Below are positions 52,936 to 64,000 of a stretch of DNA of 64,000 nt, piece by piece. The notes under the pieces are model-generated. The model made no database searches, was not told the origin of the DNA, and saw only the letters and a program-made list of their open reading frames with translations. The stretch is from Octopus sinensis (lineage: Eukaryota). The stretch lies in contig NW_021832229.1 in NCBI RefSeq assembly GCF_006345805.1, positions 154,845-218,844 on the forward strand, read 5' to 3'. Made by a program: the position numbers and the translations under genes. Within the stretch, counting starts at the first letter, position 1. The number at the start of each line of letters is the position of its first letter.

Positions 52936-53696
52936 CTAGCAGTATTACTCGGCTCGTGCGCTCGAGCGTTCTATGCACGCGCGAATAAGCTAAACTTGGT
53001 TTCAAAATCAAGCACTTAATGCCCTCTATTTTTGCGCTTATGTGTTCCATTTCCTCAATAGGAAATACGTAGAAGCGTTTCATAAATATTTGTTGATCAA
53101 ATAATTGCATTGTTGAATTATTCTTTTAGATCAGTATTTCTCAACGGGGATTTCAGGGGAGAGTTTCAGGGAGTCGCTGGCGATGTATCGTGATGATCAA
53201 AAATCCGGCCTGCTAAAATTTGGTCAGTGATTCAAACTGCAGATTCAACGCAAAATGGTCATATTTAATTCAAAGCGTTAAAAATGTTATGAAAACAATT
53301 GGTATGAGTTCACAAAGTTCAAACGATTAATACGAAAAAACCCTCTACAATGTTTACGGCGATTCGTTTTTATATCTTGATTTTTTTTTTTTTTCATACA
53401 ATTTACGCATGCTTGCACGCGTGGTGAACACAGTTCACGTCAAACAGCTGACTGAGTAAAGTTCACTATTCAATGCATGGGATAATCCCTAAACAAACAC
53501 ATTATCGATTTTTGCACTTGCGAGATGAATTTCGGTACAGAAATAGCTTAGTTCAATTTTCATTCGCCTAAACTTTAAGTGACCTATTTTTGGTGGTTCT
53601 ACGATTTGTTGGCTAGATGTCCCGGGAAGTTAAACACACACACACACACACACAGATACACAGACAGACACACAAGTTGAGTTTTATATACATAGA
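52936..53696 (-). mobile_element. Non-autonomous Helitron
   Basis: Minus strand begins A|TCTATGTATATAAAAC followed by a (GT)/(GTCT) microsatellite. It ends with a GCTCG-loop-CGAGC hairpin 12 nt before CTAG|T. AT target, no TSD. Confidence 0.7.
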
Positions 53697-54230
53697 TTTA
53701 CGTTCATGCTTTATTCTTGTTTTCAGTAAAAAAAGTAAGTAAAATGAAATCATGAAAGTGTATTTGAGGAAAAATTTGTATGAACGCTTCTAAACCTGGG
53801 GTACAGGAAAACTCCTTTGTTACAATACAGTTGCTTGTGTGGTCCCATCGGATTTAACGACCCAACCGGATTTACAACCACTGCGTATTTAGGGTCCACG
53901 AATCTCATGGTTCGCTAGTTTTGTAAATATATCAGACCCCCCCCCCCGAGTATGGTTACAGATGTGTGCATGTGTGCGTTTGTGTTTGTGTGTGTGTGTG
54001 TGTGTTTGGTGTTTCCTTTGATATTATTACGCGTTAAAGCTATAATATTTAATAAATTTCTTCACACTAATTTATCGAAATTTAATTTTTTAGCTTTAAA
54101 TATCCAATCATGAAAACAAAAATATATTTGTCATGTGGAACAGGGGTGAATTTTAGTTCCTTCGGAGAATCTGCAATGTGAAGTTAATAACACTGAAGTC
54201 TCTGACATTTCCTATTTTCTTCTTTTACAG

Positions 54231-54441
54231 ATAAATCTACGCCTGGCAATATGTTTCACCACGTAGTATCATATAGACGATCTCTTGTGTTGATACTGTG
54301 TACGATATTGTTTTTGGAGACTCAAGCTGATTCAGATATATGCAACATATGTAATTGTAATTCACTTAAATCGAATGTAGATTGTGCAAAGCGCAATCTA
54401 ACATCAATTCCACAACCAATTCCGACGAATGTTGTATATTT
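54231..54441 (+). CDS. First coding exon of an LRR protein: signal peptide + LRR N-terminal cap (ATG at 54251)
   Basis: Polypyrimidine acceptor ...TTCTTTTACAG| at 54230. MFHHVVSYRRSLVLILCTILFLETQA-DSDICNICNCNSLKSNVDCAKRNLTSIPQPIPTNVVYL matches CxCxxxxxVxCxxxxLxxIPxxIP. Donor TT|GTAAGC, phase 2, as typical for LRR genes. Confidence 0.9.
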
Positions 54442-56799
54442 GTAAGCATTTGACACTTTCTACGTATTTTCCACATCCAATATTTTAAATTCTCATTGAT
54501 TATGTTCTCAGCTAATCGCTTATGCTGTTTATCTCACAGCTTTAAGCACAATCTTATGTTAGAGTAAAACAAATCGATTTGTTACCTGCTGTGAAGTCAA
54601 ATAAACTGTTTCTTACCATATTGAATTTATAATATATAACATCGGATGCACAGAGATTGGATATGACTAGTATCTGACTTTGATGTTATTTGTCTGAACT
54701 TATCGAATCTTACGGTATATTCAATGAACGGACAGTATAAAAACTTTAGTGCTAAGAAAACGTGTATTCCACATAGTTATATTATATCATTAATTAGTTG
54801 AATTGTTGCTTATTGTTACAGTAATATGATATAATATCAGTTAATCGTGTCACAGAATAATTTTTTAATTATTGTTTGTGTTAGTTTTATAATAGAATAT
54901 GCAGCGAGCTATCAGAATCGTTGTGCACGCCAGACAAAATGTTAAACGGTATTTCGTTCGTCTTTACGTTTCGATTTTAAATTCTGTCGAGGTTGACTTT
55001 GTTTTTCATTCTTTTGGTGTCGGTAAAATAAATAGCAATTTATCTCTGAGATCAATGTAAAGGACTTGTCCCATTCCCAAAATTTCAGGTTTGTTCCTAT
55101 AGAAGAAATTATTATTTTTATAATTAAAAATGAAACAGATGGATTAAACAGCAGATAATGACGAGATCCGCTTAAATTGCCAAATTCTTAAAATACCTAA
55201 GTGAAGAAATCAAAATAGTGTTGTTTTAACAACTTATGAGGAATTTAATTTTGATAGAATGTCATCAGTAAAATTTACCCTATCACAAACACAATAAACC
55301 TTATTACAAAATTATGGAAGGTTAATTGAAGTTTCGGCTGATTGATGTATCCCCGTTCACCTGAAATCTTACGCAATTTTTAAGTAAATTATTAAAATTT
55401 AACGTCTCAAGAAATGGAATAGAATAAAAAAGAGTAATTATTTGATACATCAATCATAACAAATACTCTGTTGCAACACATTGCTCTTCCAGGTGATTAT
55501 TTCCAGTTAATTGGCTTGCATCATTGCATTAATCACCTTAAACTTTTAGTTTTAATCAAATATTCTAATCCTAAAGTGGATCAATTCATTCGATCAGATC
55601 TATTTCTCAAAACATTTGGAACGTTTTGATAAAATGAGAAATCCTAATGTAAAATAAAGAGAAAAGTTTCAATAATGGAATTCCTAAATCTCGTATAACT
55701 CAAGATGTTGAATAGTAAAGTTGAAGTTCTGTTTAATAAGTTAGATATTTTCATCGTTCATAACTTGAGCGAGGTTTGGCACAAATCATTTGACCGTCTT
55801 GTAGAATACATTGCGTTCTGACACACGGCAATCTGACGTCAAATCCCGCCAAGGTCAACCTTGGATCATTCATTTCCGAGATCAATAAAGAACCATAACA
55901 GTTCAATGAACAAATGCAACTATGAGGACCTCGAATAAGACACCTTGCAGTATATTGTCCAGGTGTTTGTGATCTGAGTTAAAATCCCACACTTTTTATT
56001 TTAGCGATTTTGGAGAAAGGATCAGACAAGTTTTATAACTCCTGCAAGATCTCCAATACTTGTGAGGCAGATATCATTAATATTCCGCTTGAGCTGTTGC
56101 AGGTCAACCTTTACAGGAATGATGAACAGGGATACTCTTCAGGAGATGAAGGATTTAGCATAGGTAGTTAATAATGGGAACAAACTGAGGTTTAATACAG
56201 CAAGAGTAAGGAGCAAAGGGCTAAACAAAGACGAAAAGACTAAGGCAATGTATGTTGTCACATCCCTTTTTTAAATAACACCCTTAGCCAGTTAAATCAC
56301 CATGTAAGGTTGTTCTCCTTTGTAGTACATATCTCAAAATTATATCAGGGTTTCCCCACTCTACCATCACCAGTTCTATTAATAAATCCCTTTCTATTTC
56401 TGTTGTTTTCCTTCCTAGTCTATTATTTCAGTCTTGAAGTTTTGGGGGTTTATTTATTTTTGTGAAGAACTTTTATGCATCAATTATGCGAAGGAAAGGA
56501 GTTTACTTTTGCAAAGATAAATTACTTTTGTCAACAAAGTGTAATAACAAATGGAATGCTCATTGGACAGAAACAAGATATTTATAAATAAATCTGACTT
56601 CTGAGATGATAAAAATATCTTCCACTGAATACTGATGTTGCAACGAAGGCTTTGTAAATCTAATTCAAATCACAAATATTTTGAACATCCATTCTATTCT
56701 CATATTTTACATGCATTTGTGTTTTTCATTCATACTTTACGCGGTGACTTAAATCTATTTTATATTTTATATAATAAAATATCCGTAAATGCAAACAGA

Positions 56800-57545
56800 A
56801 CCATCGTGAAGAAGAAAAGGAAGCTTACAAACTGAAGAATGACAATACAATCATCCTAAAAGAAACCGATTAGGGAAGGGTCACGGACTAAGACTACTAT
56901 AAAGATAAAATATTGGAAACAGACAAATCCTGCTACAAGGAAGAACCAAGACACCCGGAAAAAGTAATAATGAATACAATCAAAAGTCTGATAAATGAAT
57001 ACCAACGTTCGTTCACATATAAAGAGAAAGATTATTTATGCAGCTCTGTAATGAAAGAGAGTAATTTCTATGGATCACCCAAGATCCACGAATGCTCCAA
57101 AATGCAAGGATCAGCATATAAAAGTACTAAGACCCACTGACATCAAATTGAGACCAACAGTTGCTGGACCTTGAGCCCCAACACAACAACTGAGCCATCT
57201 TTTGGATATACTCCTCAAACCGTTATGCCCATTAATGGCCAGCTGTACCCGAGACAATATGGATTTCCTCAAGCACATTCCACCCACTATCCCAGAACGT
57301 ACTATACTTACAAGCTTTGACTAATCTTTGTACTAATACATCAGACTTTGGGCCTGGAAGCAATCAAACACTGGGTAGAAAAACACAGCGGACGGATGGA
57401 CGAACGCTTCAAAACGCATTTCCAAAGACACACACCTGGAACTAGAAGACAACACCTTTAGTTTCGATAATAAACTATATTGACAGATAAAAAGGACACC
57501 ACTGCGGGGACGAGGTTTGCACACATTTTCGGACCCAGAGATAAA
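56800..57545 (+). mobile_element. Decayed Penelope RT fragment in intron 1 of the LRR gene
   Basis: KESNFYGSPKIH, KLRPTVAGP, LSHLLDILLKPL, RDNMDFLKHIP, LTSFD, LEDNTFSFDNN, KGHHCGDEVC (decayed KGTAMGT). Many stops. Confidence 0.8.
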
Positions 57546-57973
57546 TATACATATGTGTGTATATTTCTGAGTGTATATGTGTGTATGTGCGTATATGTGC
57601 ATACATGTGCGTGTATGTGTGTGTTGGTACGCGAAGCTGATACTCGAGGTTGTGCAAGTCAAGTAGGAAATAAACATGAAACTGCTGCCACATTGAGACA
57701 TTCTTCTCCTCCTGTTTATTCTTCTTCTTCTTCTTCTTCTTCTTCTTCTTCTTTTTCTTCGTCTTCTTCTTCTTTTTCTTCTTCTTCGTCATCTTCTTCT
57801 TCTCCTTTCTTATCCTCCTTCACCTTTCCTCTTCTTCTTCTTCCTCTTCTTCTTCTACTTCTTCTTCGTTATCTTTCTTCTTTTTCTTCCTTTCATTCTT
57901 AAGTCACAGTGTTTGATGTTGTATCACAAATATTTTCCATATAATCTATTTTACTCTTTCTATACTGCTATAA

Positions 57974-58045
57974 ATATCTGTACAACAGCAACATTGCAAC
58001 CATCAAATAAGGTACATTCACGGGTCTTTCGAATTTAAAGGGCTT
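57974..58045 (+). pseudogene. Inactivated 72-bp LRR exon (type A, copy 0)
   Basis: (L)YLYNSNIATIK*GTFTGLSNLKG(L). Acceptor CTATAA where paralogues have CTATAG. In-frame TAA at 58008-58010 where the paralogue has GAA. Donor GTAAGT intact. Confidence 0.85.
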
Positions 58046-59029
58046 GTAAGTTCCTTCAGTTTCTGGATACTATTTTCCGAAAGCATTAATTGATGCTGAT
58101 ATATAAGCTCACAAACGTATAAAATTTCAGACTGCACCGGACAAAATCAATTCGAATTTGTAGAATGAACACGATTTAGGAAGATACAAAGAAAATATGA
58201 GAGAGCGAGACAATGTGAAAGAAAGAGAGAGAATTTGAGAGAGAAAGTGAAATAATAGGAAAAATATAATGTTCCTATATTGTAGTTGCTTTGTTTCAAT
58301 TCGCATCTCAATAACTCATTTTTGTTCCCCAAATTTCAATGATTTTGATATGAATTTGTATTAGAAATGGTAACGTTTGTGAGTTTACATATTTGCATCA
58401 AATATTTTTAGCTGAAGTATATGTGTATGTTCATATATAAGTGTAGTTCTGTGTGAAAAGTGACTATATTATTCCTTTCTTTTATATTTTGCATCCTCCT
58501 CCATTTCTTATTTCAATATTCTCCTTCGTGTTTCGATATTATCATTCAACTTCGAATTTTATCATTCACTTCACGTCATTTATGTAATAGAGCAACTGAA
58601 GTGGAAGCGGAAAATATATATTCGAATAATATAGGCACATACATTCTATCTGTAAGCCTGAAATACTTACTGTACTTGTAGGCTGGAATATTTGGCCTGA
58701 TACAATTAAACTGTTGATATATTTCTTGTAAGCGTGTGTTTTCTAATATTCTTGTGACAATGAAGCGATATGAAATAAATAATCCCTCTCACCATATTTC
58801 CACAAGGGTGAGTGGGAATATGTGTGATGTGAGTGTGCATAGCGCATTCCGTCATTGATACTATGAATATAAGAATGCGTATGAGTGCATTTGAATATGT
58901 TGATTTCTGATTCCGTATATTCCCTGATTTTTCAGCCATGTCTTCTCGCCCAAATTTTTCGCTCTGTCCTTGAATTATTTCCTGATATTTTGAGAACATT
59001 TTCAGTTTCGTCTTCAACACGATGATTTT

Positions 59030-60400
59030 CAATGTGTTGTCTTTTTCTTCATATTCTTCTTCTTCTACGTCTTCTTCTTCTTCTTCTTCTTCATTTCTTC
59101 TTCTTTTTCTTCTTCTTCTTCTTCTTCCCCATCCTCCTCTCCTCCTGCTCCCCTCCCTCTTTATCTGCTCTTCCTCTTTCTTCTTCTAATTCTTCTTCTT
59201 CTTTTCTTCTTCTACTTCTCCTCCTCCTTTTTCTTCTATTATTTTTACTTCTTCGTTTAATTGTAATTCTCTTCCTCCTCCTCTACCTCCCCCTCCTGCT
59301 CCATTTTCTTCTTGTAATTCTTCTCATCCCCTCCTCCTTCTTTTTCTTCTTTTTTCTTCTTCTTCTTCTTCTTCTACTTCTCCTCCTTGTCTTCCTCCTT
59401 CTTTTTCTATTTCCTCTTCTCTTTCTTCTACTTCTTGTTTTTCTTCTACTTCTACTTTCTACATCTTCACCTATTTCTCCTCCTCCTCCTCCTTTTCTTC
59501 TTCTTATCTCCTTCTTCTTTTTGTTATTCTCATCCTCCTGCTCCTACTCCTTCTTCTTCATCTTTTTTTCTTCTCTCCTACTTCTTCTTCCCTCCATCCC
59601 CCTCCGCCTCCTTTTTAATTCTCTTCCTTCTTCTTCTTCTTCTTCTTCTTCTTCTGTTTCCTATTCTTCTTCTTCTTCTTCTTCTTCTATTCTTATTAGA
59701 TGATTATTATTATTATTATTATATATTATTATTATTATTCTCCCCCTCCTCCTCCTCCTCCTCCTCCTAGTTCTTCTTCTTCTTCTTCTTCTTCTTCTTG
59801 TAATTCTTCCTCTCCCCTCCCCTTTTTCATCCTCCTTCTTTTTCTTCTTCTTCTTCTTTTTTCTTCTTCTTCTTCTTCTTTGTCTTCTTCTTCTTCTTCT
59901 ACTTTCTACTTCTACTTCTAATTCTCCTCCTCCTCCACTTCTTCTTATCTTCTTTTTTTGTTATTCTCTTCCTCCTTCTCCTCCTCCTTCTTCATCTTCT
60001 TCTTTTTCCTGCTGCTTCTCCTTCTTCTTCTTTTTCTCCTTTCTCCTCCTCTTCTTCTCCTTTTTCTCTTCTTCCTTTCCTTCCTCTTCTTATTCTTCTT
60101 CACCTCACCCTCCTACGCCTTCTTCTACTTCTTCTCTTTCTTCCTCCTCTTTTTAATCTTCTACATCTTCTTCTTCTCTACCCTGTGCTCCTCCTCCTCC
60201 TATTTTCCTCCCCCTCCTGCATCTCCTTACTCTCCCCCGTCCTCATCCTTCTTCTTCTCCTCCTCCAACTCCTTCTTCTTCTACTTCTTCTCCCCCTCTT
60301 CTTTCTCATTGTCTTATTTTTCCCCTTCCCCCTCCTCCCTTTCTTCTTTGTCTTCTTCTTCTCCTCAATCTCTTTCCTGTTCCTCTTCTTGTATTATTTT
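59030..60400 (+). repeat. Degenerate (CTT)/(CCT) polypyrimidine low-complexity tract; others at ~57706-57895, ~60925-61455, ~62575-63000, ~63540-63910
   Basis: Nearly pure pyrimidine on the plus strand. Source of the spurious L/F/S-rich ORFs. Confidence 0.95.
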
Positions 60401-60494
60401 CATATAATTTTGTCCCTTTTCATACAGAACAATATTGAATATGTTATCGCAATTCACGCTATGTCAATCTAACCAATATTGTTTCGTGCTTCAG

Positions 60495-60566
60495 ATATCT
60501 TCGGAACAATAAAATTTCAAGGATTCAAAAAGAGATGTTTCAAGGCCTTCACAGATTACAGGAATT
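60495..60566 (+). CDS. 72-bp LRR exon, type B copy 1
   Basis: TTCAG|A...TT|GTAAGT; (L)YLRNNKISRIQKEMFQGLHRLQE(L), a typical 24-aa LRR, phase 2-2. Confidence 0.92.
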
Positions 60567-61534
60567 GTAAGTTCATTCAATGTTGTCTTTTATACATGAG
60601 GAATATACTGTCTTTAAATTTAATATCCCCTTATTTCCATGTTTTCTCACTCTCTATTACTGTAAATCATATTCAGTTCTCATTTTCGTGTTATACTTAT
60701 TTGATTGAGTCTGAACACGTCAATGACTGTCAGTTGATAATTGTCTGCATAAAAATGTTATTCCTGAAAATATATATGTGTATGTTCATATGTATGTATG
60801 TATCTGCACTATTAATATAAGTTTTAGCTACTATTTTGCTACATATTGTTCTCTTGATTCTGTGGTGCCGTGGGGTTATTTATCCACACTTCCACCGAAA
60901 TAAATTTTTTGTTATTGTTGTTTTTGTTTTCTTCTTGTAATTCTCTTCCTCCCGTCCCCCTCCTTCTCCTCCTTTATCTTCTTTATGTCCTTCTTCTTGC
61001 AATTCTCCTCCTACTCATCCTCCATTTTCTTCTATTTCTTTTCCTTCTTCTTCTTCATCGTTTTCGTCTTCTTCTTTTCATTTTCCTCTTTTTTCTTCCT
61101 CTTTTTCATCGTCGTCTTCTTCTTCCCCTTCTTCTTCCTTTTCTTCATTTTCTTCTCTGTACATTCTTCTTCGTCACTGGTCTCCTTCTTTTCCATTCTC
61201 TGCCAATTATTCCTCTTATTTTCATTCTCCTGCTCTTCCTACTCCTTCTGCTTCTGCTTCCAACTGCCCCTCCTCAGTCATCAATTCCTTTGTCCTCCTC
61301 CTAACCTCCCCACCTCTCCTCCACCTACGCCTCTTCCATCTCCTCCTCCATACTCCTACTTCTACTTTTTCTTTTTCTTATTCTACTTCTTCATGTTCTT
61401 CTTCTTCTTCTCCTCCTCCTCCTTTCTTCTTCTACTTCTTCTTTTTCTTCCTTTTATTCTGAAGTCAGAGTGTTTGATATCGTATCAGAAATATTTTCCA
61501 TATAATCTATTTTACTCCTTCTTTACTGCTATAG

Positions 61535-61606
61535 AGGTCTTGGTGACAACAACATTTCAACCATCAAAGAAGGTGTATTCACGAGGCTTTCAAATTTAAA
61601 GACATT
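61535..61606 (+). CDS. 72-bp LRR exon, type A copy 1
   Basis: CTATAG|A...TT|GTAAGT; (L)GLGDNNISTIKEGVFTRLSNLKT(L). Confidence 0.92.
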
Positions 61607-63105
61607 GTAAGTGCGTTCAGTTTCTGGATACTATTTTCCGAAAGCATTAATTGATGCTGATATATAAGCTCACAAATGTATAAAATTTCAGACTGCACCA
61701 AACAAAATCAATTCAAATTTGTAGAATGAACACGATTTAGGAAGATACAAAGAAAATATGAGAGAGCGAGACAATGTGAAAGAAAGAGAGAGAATTTGAT
61801 AGAGAAAGTGAAATAATAGGAAAAATATAATGTTCCTTTATTGTAGTTGCTTTGTTTCAATTCGCATCTCAATAACTCATTTTTGTTCCCCAAATTTCAA
61901 TGATTTTGATATGAATTGTATTAGAAGTGGTAACGTGTTGAGTTTACATGTTTGCATCAAATATTTTTAGCTGAAGTATATGGGTATGTTTATATATAAG
62001 TGTAGTTCTGTGTGAAAAGTGACTATATTATTCCTTTCTTTTATATTTTGCATCCTCCTCCATTTCTTATTTCAATATTCTCCTTCGTGTTTCGATATTA
62101 TCATTCAACTTCGAATTTTGTCATTCACTTCACGTCATTTATGTAATAGAGATACTGAAGTGGAAGCGGAAAATATATATACGAATAATATAGTCACATA
62201 CATTCTATCTGTAAGCCTGAAATACTTACTGTACTTGTAAGCTGGAATATTTGGCCTCGTACAATTAAACTGCTGATATATTTCTTGTAAGCGTGTGTTT
62301 TCTAAAATTTTGTGACAATGAAGCGATATGAAATAAATAATCTCTCTCACCATATTTCCACAAGGGTGAGTGGGAATATATGTGATGTGAGTGTGCATAG
62401 CGCATTCTGTCGTTGATACTATGAATATAAGAATGTGTATGAGTACATTTCTGATGTTGATTTCTGATTCCCTATATTCCCTGATTTTTCAGCCATGTCT
62501 TCTCGCCCAAATTTTTCGCTCTATCCTTGAATTATTTCCTGATATTTTGAGAACATTTTCAGTTTCGTCTTGAACACCTCCCCCTCCCCCTCCTGTTTTT
62601 TTCTTCTTCATATTCTTCTTCTTCTTCTACGTCTTCTTCTTTTTTCTTCTTCTTCTTCTTTTTCTTCTTCTTCCTTTTCCTCTTCTTCTCCTCCTTTTTC
62701 TTCCTCTTCTTTTTCTTCCACTTCTTCTTCGTCTCTTCACCCTCCTCCGCCTCTTTTTAATCTTCATCACCTTCTTCATCTACTTTTCCCTCTAGTCCTC
62801 CTCCTCCTCCTCTCACATATCCTTGTCCTTCTCCGTCCTCAAACTTCTTCTTCTCCTAACCTCCTCCTCGTCCTCTAACTGCTTCTTCTTCTACTTCTCT
62901 CCCCTTCCTCTTCCTCCTTGTCTTATTCTTTTCCCCTTACCACTCCTCCCCTTCTTCTTTGTCTTCTTCTTCTCCTCAAGCTTTTTCCTGTTCCTCTTCT
63001 TGTATTATTTTCCTATAAATTTGTCCCTTTTCATACAGAACAATATTGAATATGTTATCGCAATTCACGCTATGTCAATCTAACCAATACTGTTTCCTGC
63101 TTCAG

Positions 63106-63177
63106 AGATCTTTCCGGCAATAAAATTTCAAGGATTGAAAAAGAGATGTTTCAAGACCTTCACAACTTAGAGATATT
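63106..63177 (+). CDS. 72-bp LRR exon, type B copy 2
   Basis: TTCAG|A...TT|GTAAGT; (L)DLSGNKISRIEKEMFQDLHNLEI(L). Confidence 0.92.
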
Positions 63178-63989
63178 GTAAGTTCTTTCAAAGTTGTCGT
63201 TTATACATGAGGAATATACTATGTCTTTAAATTTAATATCCCCTTATTTCCATATTTCTCACTCTCTCTTACTGCAAATCATATTCAGTTGTCATATTCG
63301 TGTTATATTTATTTGATTGAGTCTGAACACGTCAATGACTGCCAGTTGATAATTGTCTGCATAAAAATGTTATTCCTGAAAATATATGTGTATGTTCATG
63401 TGTATGTATGTATCTGCACTATTAATATAAGTTTTAGCTCCTATTTTCTTACTCAGTGATTTTTTGATTCTGTGGTGCCGTGTGGTTATTTATCCACACT
63501 TCAACCGAAATAATTTTTTTGTCATTGTTGTTGTAGTTTTTGTTCTTCTTCATCATCATCTTCTTCTTCTTCTTCTTCTTCTTCTTCTTCTTCTTCTTCT
63601 TCTTCTTCTTCTTCTTTTTCTTCTCCTTCTCCTTCTTTTCTTCTTCTTCTTCTTCTTCTTCTTGGCCTCCTACTCCTTCTCCTCCTTTTACTTCTTCTTC
63701 TTCTACTTATTCTTTTTGTTCTTTTTGTTCTCCTTCTTCTTTTCCTTCTTCTTTTTCTTTTCTTCTTCTTCTTCTCTTCTCCTTCTTTTCCTTTTCTCCT
63801 TCAACTTCTTCTTCTTCTTCTTCTTCTTCTATTTCTCTTCTACTTCTTCCCCTTCTTCTTTTTCTTCTTTTTCTCCTTCTTCTTCGTTATCTGTATTTTT
63901 CTTCTTCCTTTCATTCTGAAGTCACAGTGTTTGATGTGTATCACAAATATTTCTATATAATCTATTTTACTCTTTCTTTACTGCTATAG

Positions 63990-64000
63990 AGATCTGCGAT
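63990..64000 (+). CDS. Start of LRR exon type A copy 2 (cut by the window edge)
   Basis: CTATAG|A GAT CTG CGA = (L)DLR. Upstream intron homologous to that before 57974 and 61535. Confidence 0.8.

Larger units (their letters stand above)
57860..64000 (+). repeat. Intragenic tandem repeat of a two-exon (A+B) cassette; unit starts ~57890, ~61448 and ~63906
   Basis: Unique intron sequence recurs (58046-59030 vs 61607-62570; 60340-60900 vs 62955-63520). Unit length differences (about 3.56 vs 2.46 kb) come from the CTT-rich tracts. Confidence 0.95.

Noticed and set aside
394-54231. Splicing of the LU exon (phase 1) onto the LRR first exon, which is open in the matching phase
   Set aside because: Phase match has a 1-in-3 chance, the intron would be 54 kb, and it would bury a good signal peptide internally. 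No evidence without cDNA.
54654-58730. Additional LRR exons between exon 1 and the array (e.g. at 54654; TT|GTAAGC at ~58729 and ~62286)
   Set aside because: No matching acceptor/donor pair 72 bp apart with an open LRR consensus; stops in frame.
59032-63989. Long L/F/S-rich ORFs resembling membrane proteins
   Set aside because: Translations of intronic (CTT)/(CCT) low-complexity tracts. Likewise, the many HT/YI/CV/poly-I/poly-N ORFs across the window come from CA, TA and AAT microsatellites.

Overview
AT-rich, microsatellite-dense eukaryotic DNA. The SINE, Dong/R4, Tx1 and Penelope families point to a coleoid cephalopod such as Octopus (inference; no search was run). There are no bacterial operons, rRNA genes or CRISPR arrays, and most entries in the ORF track are microsatellite read-throughs or antisense frames of transposons. 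Layout: (1) 0.2-0.4 kb, a Cys-rich Ly6/uPAR-like exon. (2) 1.2-11.3 kb, Penelope-like elements (one flanked by an inverted repeat carrying hammerhead ribozymes), Tc1 remnants and SINEs. (3) 11.4-52.9 kb, a ~7-kb block duplicated in tandem and partly reshuffled. Its (AAT)n/(ATT)n microsatellite is empty in copy A and filled with Dong/R4 LINEs in opposite orientations in copies B and C. (4) A non-autonomous Helitron. (5) From 54.2 kb to the end, the 5' part of a secreted or membrane leucine-rich-repeat gene not visible in the ORF track: a signal peptide + LRRNT exon followed by a tandemly expanding array of 72-bp phase-2/2 LRR exons. These exons differ from their paralogues far more than the flanking introns do, with changes concentrated on the ligand-facing beta-strand residues. 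This array is the most interesting system in the window.
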